The notes: generated from the letters alone by a model not told the origin. A stretch of 64,000 nucleotides of DNA from Candidatus Latescibacterota bacterium (GCA_965248755.1 OZ252149.1:320001-384000); one strand, 5' to 3'; positions 1-11,093 are shown, numbered from the stretch's first letter. A program made the numbers and translations.

Positions 1-1161
1 GTCTAGGTAGACCAGAGACGCAAGCTGGCTTTTTGCACTGGCCATCAGGCCCTGACACATGAAGACGTTGATGCTCGCCTTCTCGCTGAGACGAAGAATC
101 TCCACGACGGCGGGCGCTGCATCCGCACCATACGTCTGCGCAGCCCAGTCAAACATGATGGCCCCAGGCTCCGTCTCCGGATCGCTCGCATATCGGTCCA
201 GGGCATACCAGTGCGCCATGTTCCAGGGATGGTCCCACTCGGTACGGTTGATGAACGCCTGTACCCAATACCCGGACAACCGCAAACGGCTGATCTCCCG
301 AAAGGTGCGCCCCCACGCTTCTACCATCGAGCAAGGAAAGAGATTCATACCCCGGTACTGCCCGGGCAACTGGATGCGCGGCAGATAAGGCGCACGACCA
401 GAGGACGGAACCCGAAGATGGTCATACATTGGATTCGCCGGCCATCCTGGTTCCTGGTCCCAGTAAAGATCAGAGAACATCACCACAACGTTCTCAGGCA
501 GCTGACCCGTCAGGTCAGAAAAGAGTTCGATTTCAACGCGCTGGCCCCAGGGGTCGTCCTGGTGGTTGTTCCAGAGCAGCAACGCGTCGTGACCAGCGAG
601 CAGTCCCCCCAGAAACCGTAGCGCCTCGATCAGACGCTCCCGGCGGCTCAAAGACCCACACCTGGAACAGTCACACATCCAGGGCGCACCGTTCGACATG
701 TAGTATTCAGTCGTAATGCCGAATGAATAACCTCCCAGATCGGGAATCTCCCGGAAGTCTGCGGCGACCGCCTCCTGCCAGAATCGCCGGACCTGCTCAT
801 TGAAGGGACACAAGAGAGGGGAGGTGCGCTTAAGGTCTCGATTACGGAGAGGCAGCCAGATCAGCTCACCCGTCTCCAACTCCGTCCACTGCCGGCAGAT
901 CAACAGCCGGATGCCCCTGGCCTTCAAATATCCAGCAAACGACGCCAGCACAGGACGCTGTTCATCCGTGTAATAGCGAAGGTCCAGCGCGTTGATACCA
1001 ATCGATGCGATAAAATCCACGAACCTGCCCAGCTCCGAATCCGCAGTAGGATTCAGCATCTCCCGCGACTGAAGCACTGTCGGTTCGTCGGTAAACAAAA
1101 CGTCTCCGTCAATCTGCTGCCATAGAGTCATCACCCGCCAGGGCAGATCGTGTGAAGACAT
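1..1161 (-). CDS. Glycoside hydrolase-like protein, distantly GH67 alpha-glucuronidase-like (3' end outside window)
   Basis: Not in the ORF track. ATG at 1161 behind GAGGAGG; I found no in-frame stop in the part I translated down to base 1. The segment WYALDRYASDPETEPGAIMFDWAAQTYGADAAPAVVEILRLS resembles the GH67 C-terminal region. Confidence 0.55.
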   Translation of the reverse strand, partial: MSSHDLPWRVMTLWQQIDGDVLFTDEPTVLQSREMLNPTADSELGRFVDFIASIGINALDLRYYTDEQRPVLASFAGYLKARGIRLLICRQWTELETGELIWLPLRNRDLKRTSPLLCPFNEQVRRFWQEAVAADFREIPDLGGYSFGITTEYYMSNGAPWMCDCSRCGSLSRRERLIEALRFLGGLLAGHDALLLWNNHQDDPWGQRVEIELFSDLTGQLPENVVVMFSDLYWDQEPGWPANPMYDHLRVPSSGRAPYLPRIQLPGQYRGMNLFPCSMVEAWGRTFREISRLRLSGYWVQAFINRTEWDHPWNMAHWYALDRYASDPETEPGAIMFDWAAQTYGADAAPAVVEILRLSEKASINVFMCQGLMASAKSQLASLVYLD

Positions 1162-1534
1162 CGTGAACCTCCTCTCAGAAAAGCGTCTCGTCAGAGACGA
1201 AGCGGCAGACCCGATACCAGCGCGTTTGGCTCATACGCCAGTGATCACGCCGATACAGCGAAAAGAATCAGCCGCGTTAGTTGAACTTCTACGAAATGGC
1301 TGCGCATCTTGCGACCTGCATCGTCCCAGTAATTACCCAAGCCGTCCGTCCGGGACTGATGCTTCCGTGTCCATCACGTTGTCCGACGCGCCTTGTGACG
1401 GCTGTAGGCGATCTCGGAGACACGATTAGAGATGTATCGCCCATCTGGACCCGGCGGCAGTGCCCGATTTGTCCGTTAATTCTGCCCTCAAGAGTTACCA
1501 GTCGTGCTGACAATCGCAGGCGTTGGAACCCTTG

Positions 1535-3426
1535 CTATTGTCCAAGCAGCGCCTTGCGATAAGGAGGTTGAAGCCCCGTCCGAGTTTCCAAATCCTTTGG
1601 TGGTTTCCATTCGGCCTGGGTAATCGTCGTATTGTTCTCGAACTTGAAATCTTCTTCTTTCGAGTTGTAGTAAGCAAACGGTTTGACTTCGACCTCCGAA
1701 ACAACAAAGACATTGTGGCGAAAGACTATGTCCCTCGAGTAATGGCCAATCAAAACAGGCGTGCAGGGCCATTTGGGCTGTGCCAGTCCGTAGACCGTGT
1801 TGGCCTCGACAAGGATCTGGGAGGAACGACTGTCAACGTACAGCCCGGCGTAGGGGGCACCCCGGGCAAAAGGGTTGCGCCTGACATCATGGATCAGGTT
1901 GTTGCGAACGACCGTGCCAGGTTGAAAGCCCAGCGTGTATATGCCAGCCCCGTCACCCATCTTTTTCATGACGTCGTAGATGTGGTTGTACTCAATGATA
2001 TTGTTACGACATACGGTAGGTTGGCCACCCCACATCATACCCACGTTGATACCTGTGTAGGGAAGGTCGTGAAGTAGATTGTGCGCAGCGACCGTTCCGT
2101 CAGTGAAGGCAATGTATATCCCTACCCCACCGTAGAAATCTGCGCCACATCCGTGGATATAGTTGTTTGTGATGCGGTTGTCGCGAGGCGTGTCAGAATC
2201 AGGTGGCTTAAAATTTTCATCGTAAATTGTTGATAAGTCCTCTCCGACATTGATACCGTTGGAACCGATGCCATTGATATGGTTGCCCACAAGAAGATTT
2301 TTGACACATCCTTTGCGCAGACTTATCCCGCACCCGCCCACGTGGGCGATCTCGGAGGCAGTCATGCTGCATGACTCTGCGAACTTCCACAAAATCGCCT
2401 CGCCGACGAATCCTGTGCCTCCATACATCGTACCGGCCTGCCTGCCTGCAAATCCCCCTGGGGGCAGCGGCCACTGGGCATGCCTGAAAGCCAGACCTTT
2501 GAAATGCACATTTCGCACGAATTGATCAGATGTGCCTGCAATTTCCAGAAGTTGCGCGAGGACCGGCGCCATAACCTCAACCTTCGACATATCCTGGCCG
2601 TCCAGTGGCCAATATGAAAGGACGCCGCTGGAATGGTCCAGGTACCATTCCCCGGGCTGATCGAGCATCTCGATGGCATTTTCGAAGAAGCACCAACTGC
2701 CCTATCCCGGATCGTGGTGGTGTGTTGGAACGTGAGGCGGGGCCAGAATTATACTTCGCCTTTCGCCTCATCAACGCTTGCCAGTTGCTTGCGCATAATA
2801 TCCCATAGTCCAAGAACGACGATCTCGACATCTGCCATATTTGACCAGTCTCTGACCAGGTCGGGGGCCAGGGTGACTTTCCAGATACCGTCTTTCAGCT
2901 CTGCGTCCTTCACCTGCAGATACGGATCCTTGTTGTCGGCGTTGGGAGTCCGGGATCGAGTGGCTCGCTGGCCATCAACAAACAGTTGGCGAAAGTACCA
3001 TTTCTGCGCCTTGACTTGCGGCAGTTCGACGGCCCATATCGTGCCGGGCCCCTGTTTCCAGCCGGTGATTCTTTTTCCCCCGCTGATGATCGGTTTCTCA
3101 CCAGGATAGGCCACATAGGTAATCGAGAATTTGTAAGTCCCCGAATCTGCGGGCCCCAGAACCAGCGGTTCTTTCAGTTCGTAAGTGCCACCTCGAAGGA
3201 ACACAGCAATGTTGGCAGTCTGCTCTGTCTTAGTCCTTTCTCTGACTGCGTTCCGAGCTCTAGTGAGGCCGGCGAATGGCTTCTGCTTGGTGCCGGGATT
3301 GTTGTCAATCCCCGTCGGTGAAACATAGAACTTCACCGAAGCTTCAGCCCTAAGGCCTCCAGCCGGCAATAAAATGGCCGTCAATAGCACGACTGTAAAC
3401 ACCATTAGTGTGGATAACTGTTTCAT
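1535..3426 (-). pseudogene. Secreted right-handed beta-helix glycoside hydrolase (GH141-like), disrupted
   Basis: Signal peptide MKQLSTLMVF at 3426, FYVSPTGxDxNPGT and GGTYEL motifs, LDQPGEWYLD and beta-helix repeats. Frameshift near 2752 plus in-frame TAG at 2702-2704. Confidence 0.8.
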
Positions 3427-3499
3427 CTGAGCTCCTTTACATAACCGAAATTTAGCGGACAAACCGCTGTCGAAGCGGTCCCATATGACTCTTGCGGCG

Positions 3500-4250
3500 G
3501 CCTTCAAACCGCCAGTGTAACGCCCCTCCCGGAGTTTCCAATTCCAGAGACCAAAGTACTCCGGATGATCTCTGCCGTATTTCTGGTAAGGCACCTGCCG
3601 ATAGAAGCTTTGATTCGTATTCCCGGATGGCGAAGTGCCAGCTTACCTCGGTTGGTCATGGAAGCCGCTGTTTCGAGTACGGCCCCCCAAAACCGGGTAA
3701 CGATAAGGTGCTCTATACCCGGTCGGGCGTAAATTCGCAAAAGGTGCGCGATAGACACGGTCTACCGGGCCAATCGTTTGCTGCTGGCCGACCGCAGTTA
3801 CGTGTGTATGTTCATCTCTGAGGAACCGTACGTCCAGGTAGTCTTCCAGAAACGTATAGACGCCGTAAAGCCTGCCGCGAGGCCGGATACCTACAAGGGC
3901 TTGCCACCATCGCGGATCACGATGCGGAGGTCTTCGTGACCGGAGTCGTGAACCTCGAAGCCAACGTTACTCGCGCGCATGGCCTGGCTGGGACCGATAA
4001 TTACGTGCCTGCCAAGCCCATCCACTTCGCGCACGATCGGGAGCTTCACGCGACTGGCTCGGCCAAAACATTTCTGAAATTCCTCAGCCGCGTATATCTC
4101 ACTGGCGATAGCATCGTTAGCCACAACGATGTCCCAGCCGTTCAGCCGGGCCAGGTCTAAGCCGTCGGGAGTCTTGGCGTCTGCCAAACTGCTTCCCCAT
4201 GCAACAGCGATAATTAGACTGAAAACACTGACAACTGCAATGCATTCCAT
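3500..4250 (-). pseudogene. DUF4838-family secreted protein, N-terminal remnant
   Basis: Signal peptide at 4250, then YAAEEFQK. After a frameshift near 3900 it reads RPRGRLYGVYTFLEDYLDVRFL, has an in-frame TAA, then HPEYFGL, and is truncated. Confidence 0.7.
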
Positions 4251-4767
4251 CTTATATCTCGTGTAGTCAAGACCCAAGAAAAATCTGCCTTTTTCCAGGT
4301 GCGAGTCCGCCTGGCCTGAGATTGGTCTCAGCTTTCCCAGAAGATTCACCCAGCCACGCTAACTCGTCCCTCCCACAGATCCTCGCCCCAGAGCCGCCGG
4401 TCGGGGTGCATCAGTCGTTAATGTGCATGGGCACGGCGTGAACGCCCAGAGTCAACAACGTAGGTCGGTCCGCTCTTGGCAATGTAATAAAGCATCAACC
4501 CGTCCTCGATCCATTGCGCTGCCGGGCACCGCCTGTGCTGATTTGAACTTCTTCTGATGTTACCAGTCGGAGGTACGGCCAAGGCAAGGTGCTCCTCAGA
4601 CCTTACGTGCACTTTAGGGACATCGCACTAATCTGGCTCCTGTGCTCTCCGCGAGGACGGCGGATGCTTTGGCGTAACCGCGGTATGGCAACGGATGATC
4701 CCCCCAGGTATGGCGGGATAAAAACCCACCGGGCGAACTGGCCCTTGTACAGCATCCCGGACTTCTC

Positions 4768-6093
4768 TTACGGTAAACGCCAGCGAACCACTTCACAATT
4801 GAAGAGCTTTCCCGATTCTCCTTCTTCAGGCTTCCAGTAGGAATAGCTGGTCACCAGAGTGCCGTCGTCCAGCTGGACGGTGTTGCCGAAACCTCCGCCC
4901 GAGCTGCGGTCGATGGGAGTCTTGGTATCAATCATAAAGATGTCGTGCTCAAAATCGAATTCGAATCCGTCTTCGGTTTCCCGACCGAGCACCGCACGCA
5001 CACCGAGAGGAGTATCGATCGAACGCTGAGTATAAGTAAACAGGAGCCGTCCATCCCTCAACCGCAGAATGGAATGAAACATCTGGCCGTGGTCACCCAG
5101 GTCCTCACCGGCCTGCCACGTGTGGCCTTCGTCGGTAGAAACCCAGGCTTTCATTCGGCCGAACTGGTCAAAGTCGGTATCGGCAAGATCCTGCACCGGG
5201 GGCTGCCCGTAGTGCCGCAAGGTTACGGCCACGTTTTCGAGCTCCTGGGGGGTGAACACCCGCCCGGGAAGGGGATAGAACTTATGATCAAGCCTGGCTA
5301 TGCCGTAAATTTTACCGGAACGCGCCTGCCAGAGCACTACCTCCCCAAAGATGGACCGGGGATAGCCTTCCGCCACCCCTTCTACTTCCATCGTGTAGCA
5401 GTCCGGCCACGTCCGACCCCCATCGTAACTCCGGGCGACGTATCCATTCCCGTATTGAGAATGGCGAAGAGGGGGATCGTCTTCAGGTATATCGACAATC
5501 TGCAGTAACGAACCGTCCTCCAACTCCAGTATATTTCTCGAGTTGTTCCCCCTGACCCTGGTGGCAAATTCCGGAGGCAACTGGTATTCGGACCAGGTGA
5601 ATCCATCGTCCTCCGAGCGGTACCCCCAGGGGCCTCCCGTTACCAACAACGTGCCGTCTCGCATTTGCGACAAATACGGCTCGCCACCGTCCGGCAGACT
5701 GGTCTCGTCGCGCCCTCCTTCCCAGGTCCGCCCGCCGTCGTGCGAACGATAGAGGTAGGTGGGTAACCCCGCTGCCACATCGTTCAGGTAACACAATAGC
5801 AGCAACTCATCTCCACCCAGGTGTGCGATGTTGGGCTTGTATTCAAGCTTTTGGCCTATCGGAACCCGTTCCGCTGGTATCTCTGCCACTTTTAGCTGGC
5901 GCGGGTTTCGAATGGCAATGAACTTCTCTTGGGACTGCAGAGGTCTTTCACTTTCTTGTTTCGGGGAATCCTGTTGCAAGTTCTTCATCTCTGCTTTACC
6001 CCTTTCGCTCGTTTCCTCGGCGTTTGCCAAAATCGTTCCCCAGGCAAACGCGACAATCAGACTGACAACACTCACAATTCCAATGCGTTTCAT
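4768..6093 (-). CDS. Secreted BNR/Asp-box sialidase-like protein
   Basis: Asp boxes SHDGGRTW, SEDDGFTW, SYDGGRTW, STDEGHTW. ATG at 6093 behind AGGAG, followed by a signal peptide. Confidence 0.85.
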   Translation of the reverse strand: MKRIGIVSVVSLIVAFAWGTILANAEETSERGKAEMKNLQQDSPKQESERPLQSQEKFIAIRNPRQLKVAEIPAERVPIGQKLEYKPNIAHLGGDELLLLCYLNDVAAGLPTYLYRSHDGGRTWEGGRDETSLPDGGEPYLSQMRDGTLLVTGGPWGYRSEDDGFTWSEYQLPPEFATRVRGNNSRNILELEDGSLLQIVDIPEDDPPLRHSQYGNGYVARSYDGGRTWPDCYTMEVEGVAEGYPRSIFGEVVLWQARSGKIYGIARLDHKFYPLPGRVFTPQELENVAVTLRHYGQPPVQDLADTDFDQFGRMKAWVSTDEGHTWQAGEDLGDHGQMFHSILRLRDGRLLFTYTQRSIDTPLGVRAVLGRETEDGFEFDFEHDIFMIDTKTPIDRSSGGGFGNTVQLDDGTLVTSYSYWKPEEGESGKLFNCEVVRWRLP

Positions 6094-6264
6094 CTTATAA
6101 CTCCTGTTAGTTAAAGGGCCAAAAGAACCTGCTTTATGCCAAGTGAGTCTCTGCCAGGCCTGAGACTGTACTGGTTTCCCAACAGGGAATTGACCCCGGT
6201 TTACTTCTATACTCATCTGTGCGCATATTGCTCGTTGCGACACGCAAACGCCAATAACTTCAAA

Positions 6265-7536
6265 CTACCTGTAGAACCATTCCAGCGGATAGATGCGCAT
6301 TACGGTTTCCTGTTTCTTTAGGTTCTGCTCCGCAACTCCCTTTACGGGCGTACCGCGAGTGTAGCTTATGAACACCTTGTCCCCGATCACGTCCACGTTG
6401 GCGTAGTGGAACCAGGCCCACCCGTCCGGCAATGGGCCGACCCAGTCACGAGCTCGCACCATCTGGATTGGGTACTCGCCAGGTAGGTGGGAAATATCTC
6501 TGAGACCGTCGCTTAGTTCAAGAGTCTTGAAGTGCTCCCAGCTGTGTCCACCGTCCCTGGAAACGGCGACTGATAAGCGACCTCGCCGATGGCCCAGTCG
6601 AATCTCATCACGCGAAACCTGGTTCCAGACTACCAGAAGGTCTCCGGTCTGGGGGATACGAGCCAGAACGGCAGGTGACGCCGAACTGGCCAGCTGGCTG
6701 GGCGTCACCGCATACCAGTTTTCCCCTCCGTCCGGACTGTAGCTCTGCACCAGACGCCCGACTGCGGAACGTGCCAGCAGGAGTACCCCTCCGTCTTTGG
6801 TCTCCGCCACAGTGGGCTCAAAACAGCTCGTCTGCCCGGCGCGGCCGTTCGGTACGCCCTCGGCGTCAAACCACCCCATCAATCTGCCAGCGACATCCTT
6901 ATTCCAGTTCTTACCCTTGTTATCGGAACGATAAACGACTGACATGCCAAACTCGGGGATGTGGCCGTGACCCTCTATCTGAATGCGCTTGCCCCGCCAG
7001 AGACCGTAGGACGACTTTTCATGATAATCCAGGTCCGGGTGCGCTCCGGCCCAGCCTTGCTGGAAGGTGAGCAGCAATCGACCGCTGCTGAGCTGAACCA
7101 TGCTGTGATTCATCAATGAAAATGACAGCGGGCAGATCGCCGTTGGCTCGCTCCAGGTCTTGCCCTCATCAGTCGACAAAGAGAAGAGCCAGTCGTTACC
7201 GTTTATGGGTATATTGTGTCCATAAATGGCCAACGCGCCGGATTTGAGTCGGAAAAGACCCACAATATTCTTCATCTTCGCCTTCGGCGGCCGAGCTTCG
7301 CCCCAGGTCAAGCCGTCATCGGTCGAAATGCGAAATCCGCCGCCCTGAGAAAGCATTAGCGAGCCATCCTTAAGCTCAACTATGCCGCCGAGAGGGACGC
7401 TGAAACCTTTTATCTCCACGACACCCTCCGGGACGGGCTTGCGGAAGACAAGCTCCTGACCGCCGTGTGCCACATTGCCTCCCAAGCTAAACGCTGCAAT
7501 CAGACCAATAACACTAACAATTACAATCCGTTTCAT
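6265..7536 (-). CDS. Secreted BNR/Asp-box sialidase-like protein
   Basis: Asp boxes STDDGLTW, STDEGKTW, SPDGGENW, SRDGGHSW; signal peptide. Confidence 0.85.
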   Translation of the reverse strand: MKRIVIVSVIGLIAAFSLGGNVAHGGQELVFRKPVPEGVVEIKGFSVPLGGIVELKDGSLMLSQGGGFRISTDDGLTWGEARPPKAKMKNIVGLFRLKSGALAIYGHNIPINGNDWLFSLSTDEGKTWSEPTAICPLSFSLMNHSMVQLSSGRLLLTFQQGWAGAHPDLDYHEKSSYGLWRGKRIQIEGHGHIPEFGMSVVYRSDNKGKNWNKDVAGRLMGWFDAEGVPNGRAGQTSCFEPTVAETKDGGVLLLARSAVGRLVQSYSPDGGENWYAVTPSQLASSASPAVLARIPQTGDLLVVWNQVSRDEIRLGHRRGRLSVAVSRDGGHSWEHFKTLELSDGLRDISHLPGEYPIQMVRARDWVGPLPDGWAWFHYANVDVIGDKVFISYTRGTPVKGVAEQNLKKQETVMRIYPLEWFYR

Positions 7537-8122
7537 CTCATAACTGATAGCTCCCGAGGCAATCGCAACAAGCAGACTGACAACACTCAGAACTGCAATG
7601 CGTTTTATCTTGTAACTCCTGTAGTTGAACGCCCAAAAGGACCTGCTTTATGCCAAGTGGGTGTCTGCCTGGTGTGAGATCTGTGCGAGCTGTGCGCAGA
7701 GAAACCAGCCATCCGTGATCACCTGCTCAAATACCCAAACTTTCACCACATCCTGCCGAACTCTGGTCTCATGCAACGGCTGTCGTCTCCGCATCCCTAA
7801 AGTAATATCCGAAGCATCCAGAAGTCAAGCCAAAAATACATAACATCGGGCTATTCAGTTGTCTCAGAGGCGTCGGTCGAGTAGGTGCAAAGGAACGCAT
7901 CAAGATCGAGCAAGCTTTCAGAAATGACTGACCACATAGGGCTGAACAGAAACCGAAACGAGAGGCCGACAAAGGGTTTCAACTGAAGTTGATTCAGTGC
8001 AACACCACGAGATACGGCAAGGAGGACACTTCATTAATGTCATAGCCTTCAAAGATTACGGGATCTAATCCAGGTTTACAGGCAGTCGTTGTTAGCCAGA
8101 GCGATCCACTGCACAATTTCCA

Positions 8123-8151
8123 TTGACATCCACAGTCTTATTTCGTATCTT
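8123..8151 (+). promoter_or_regulatory. sigma70-type promoter, copy 1 of repeated module
   Basis: TTGACA-17 nt-TATCTT. Confidence 0.65.
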
Positions 8152-8645
8152 CAGTGCTGATTAAGCAGTACCCTACCGTCGGATCCTTCCTCGCGAATAT
8201 AAGCTGCAAGTGCCCATAGGAATGCTGATGGATAGCCAAATGGAAATTACATATGCACTGTGACAGAGGATGTCACAATCGGAGGTCCAGCGGACTCCTG
8301 GGGGATGCGCTTTCCAAGCGATCCAAAGCTGATACCATGCCAGCGGCTCCAGGATGAGGTCGCCCCGCCCAGCTACGAATGGAGCTATGGACATGTTCTG
8401 TGAGCCGCTGAAGGGCACAGTCAACTTCTTAGCTTTCCGGAACGTGCTGTATGAATTCGACTACAACAACCTTGCGAGCATGAAGTAGGACATATATGCG
8501 GTGGCCGTTCGACAGACCATTGCCCATCACCAAACGCACCCGCGTTTTCCTGCGCCAAATCGGCATCCAATGAATTTCCCTGTAACCACAATAGTAGTTC
8601 ATTAAGTACCTGTCGATTTTAACCCATTAGCAAAGGAATGAACAA

Positions 8646-9542
8646 ATGAAGATTGCATTGGATCCCTTCTGCCACGCTGATGTCCCCTTTGAAAGGCTCC
8701 CCCATTTAACGGATGAGATGGGCTTTGAGAACCTTGAGCTCTGCTCACGTGATGAGTTTTTTCCTGAATACAACCCGCCGCGGGCAAACGACGATCGCAT
8801 TCGCGCATTCAAGGAGGGGTTGCGCGAGTGCGGCGTGAACTTGGTCTCGGCCCTGGTGACGTATCGCTGGGCCAGCCCGTTCAAAGACGAGCGCGAAGCA
8901 GCCGTGCGCTACTGGAAACGGGCCATAGACATCGCCGTCGAGGTGGGATGCCAGACGGTAAACTCCATATTCGACAGAGGGCCGTCGCCGCAAAGGTCCA
9001 ATTTTCGAGTGGGACCTGAGATGGCAGAGGAGTGCGAAACTGCGTTCTGGAAGTCAATGGACGAACTCGTTCCCATCTTTGAGAGCAAGGGTCTTCCCCT
9101 GCACCTGGAGGCACATCCGGACGATTTTATTGAGGACAGCAACCTGGCGGTGGACATTATCCGGGCAATCGGTTCGCCAATGGTGAAGTATCTCTACTGT
9201 GCGCCGCATACTTTTCATCTGGGCGATGACATGCCCGCGATGATCCGTCACGCCGCGCCCGTGTTGGCCCACGTCCACGTGGCCGATACGTTCAACCACA
9301 AAGCTAGCTGGCGCTACGTGGTCAACCCTGCGGGTTCAACAGCTCGGGTTCATCAACATCTCGACATTGGCGAAGGAGAGATCGACTGGGATCTCTTCTT
9401 CCAGACACTGGCCGAAGTCGGCTTCGACGGGATCATGACCAGCCAAGCGTTTGCCTATCTGCCGGACCGGGCGGTCGAATCCTCGCGCTTCATGCGCGAA
9501 CGCATCCAGCACTATGTGGATAAGTATTGGACGGACAAATGA
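8646..9542 (+). CDS. iolH: IolH-like sugar phosphate isomerase/epimerase (xylose-isomerase-like TIM barrel)
   Basis: MKIALDP start, AAVRYWKRAI, EAHPDDFIE, YLYCAPHTFH, HQHLDIGEGEIDW. Confidence 0.8.
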   Translation: MKIALDPFCHADVPFERLPHLTDEMGFENLELCSRDEFFPEYNPPRANDDRIRAFKEGLRECGVNLVSALVTYRWASPFKDEREAAVRYWKRAIDIAVEVGCQTVNSIFDRGPSPQRSNFRVGPEMAEECETAFWKSMDELVPIFESKGLPLHLEAHPDDFIEDSNLAVDIIRAIGSPMVKYLYCAPHTFHLGDDMPAMIRHAAPVLAHVHVADTFNHKASWRYVVNPAGSTARVHQHLDIGEGEIDWDLFFQTLAEVGFDGIMTSQAFAYLPDRAVESSRFMRERIQHYVDKYWTDK

Positions 9543-9738
9543 CTCGAGCAAGAACAGTGCAGCTCAGCACCACCATTTATCAATCATAATGATCGTGTAA
9601 TTTGCTTTTGGTATCGCTGACGAGCATCGGAGAGCGACCTAACAAAGCGTTGCAGTGGAACTGGCTCACGGGTCGGTTTTCAGTACCGTGATCAGAACTC
9701 GCGGGTGTGTCGGTCACAAAATCCGCTGCACAATTGCA

Positions 9739-9767
9739 TTGACATCCACCACCTGATTTCGTATCTT
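9739..9767 (+). promoter_or_regulatory. sigma70-type promoter, copy 2 of repeated module
   Basis: TTGACA-17 nt-TATCTT. Confidence 0.65.
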
Positions 9768-9828
9768 CCCAGCAAATAGACCAACACCTTTTTATCTTTC
9801 TCCCGAACATAGGCTACACGCGGCCCTA

Positions 9829-9858
9829 GATGGACTATAATACGATGGACTATAATAC
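9829..9858. repeat. 15-bp tandem duplication containing TATAAT
   Basis: GATGGACTATAATAC x2. Confidence 0.9.
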
Positions 9859-10141
9859 ATAGTTCATCTGAAGAACCCGCAAGGACGTCTGTGAGAGATA
9901 GGAAGTTTGAGATATGATAATACCGTTATGTAGCTCACAGAAGCGCATAAAGTCAACAATGCCCCTACCAAGCATAACATCCCGACTGCGGAGGTGATGA
10001 AGGATGGCGATAGATTTGTGCAGGGCAACCTATCCGCAAAGCCACGGAAGTATCTGCGAGCACGTGGCGCCGAGACAAGAGCTCTAACTGGAACGAGACC
10101 GGTGCTTCGTACTCGAACTCGAACCTCAGCCAGCATATTTC

Positions 10142-10207
10142 AAAGCGGCTTCGGACTTTAAGAAAAGCGGCTTCGGGCTTTAAGAAAAGCGGCTTTGGAC
10201 TTTAAGA
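10142..10207. repeat. 22-bp tandem repeat x3 directly upstream of a start codon
   Basis: AAAGCGGCTTYGGRCTTTAAGA x3. Confidence 0.95.
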
Positions 10208-10217
10208 AAGGTACGTC

Positions 10218-11093
10218 ATGAACAACGAGATAGGCTTCTTTCTGAATCTGGATCAGGGCTCGATGACCGACGAGCAAGTCGTGGCCATGCTGTCAGAGAT
10301 TGGCTACCAGTGCATCGGATACTCCATGTGTCACCTGAACCCGCAGACTATGACCATAGCACAGATGCAAGCCCTTGTGCGCATGACCGAGGCCGGTGGC
10401 CTGACAATCTCGGAGTGGGTCGTACAGCGTGAATTCGTCCACTTCGACTCCGCTGTGCGGGACAGAGAAATCCAGCTTACCGTGGATTGCCTGCGCGCAG
10501 CCGGCGATCTGGGGATCGGCGTCGTTAACTGCTTCACCGGCCCGGCGCCGTTCATGAGGATCGGCTCACCAACACTCCATCAAGAGATTAGTGAGGGCGA
10601 GGCCTGGGGAATGGTCTGTAATGCATATGACTGCGTTATTCCGGTCGCCGAGCAGGCCGGCGTCAAGATAGCTGTAGAGGCCGTCTACGGTATGGTCTGC
10701 CGCGACTATTACACCCTTGCCGAGCTAATGAGGCGTTACGACTCGGATTCCTTCGGCGTGAACTACGACCCCTCCCATATGGCCCTGCATTACAACACGG
10801 TCCCCTGGACGATTCATCAACTCGCGGATCGGATCTTTCACTGCCACGTGAAGGACGTTGCCGGCGTCCCCGGCAAGATTTATGGGGACACCTTCGTCTT
10901 CCCCTTCCTCGGCGAGGGACGCGTGGAATGGCCCGGCTTTTTCGACGCAATAAAGGCTATCGGATATGAGGGATGTCTCAGCGTGGAATTCGAAGCCTTT
11001 GCCTACTTTGACACATCACTTCAGAAGGATCTGAGACGGGCGGCTGAGCTGTTCTATTGCGACTTCCGGAGTTTGCAGGAGCAGTACAACTGA
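10218..11093 (+). CDS. Sugar phosphate isomerase/epimerase family TIM-barrel protein
   Basis: IAVE, NYDPSH, HCHVKD, GEGRVEW, LSVEFE metal-site motifs. Confidence 0.85.
   Translation: MNNEIGFFLNLDQGSMTDEQVVAMLSEIGYQCIGYSMCHLNPQTMTIAQMQALVRMTEAGGLTISEWVVQREFVHFDSAVRDREIQLTVDCLRAAGDLGIGVVNCFTGPAPFMRIGSPTLHQEISEGEAWGMVCNAYDCVIPVAEQAGVKIAVEAVYGMVCRDYYTLAELMRRYDSDSFGVNYDPSHMALHYNTVPWTIHQLADRIFHCHVKDVAGVPGKIYGDTFVFPFLGEGRVEWPGFFDAIKAIGYEGCLSVEFEAFAYFDTSLQKDLRRAAELFYCDFRSLQEQYN

Noticed and set aside
59..716. Plus-strand ORFs in the track (and similar antisense ORFs such as 43402, 49101, 62392)
   Set aside because: They are shadows of longer, motif-bearing ORFs on the opposite strand.
2702..2704. 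In-frame TAG as pyrrolysine or stop-codon recoding
   Set aside because: A frameshift lies about 50 nt away and many intact genes here end in TAG; ordinary pseudogenisation is simpler.
4357..4423. Possible attC (CGCTAAC...GTTAATG)
   Set aside because: Inner arms do not pair convincingly.
10142..10207. Possible CRISPR array
   Set aside because: Repeats are directly adjacent with no spacers, and no cas genes are in the window.
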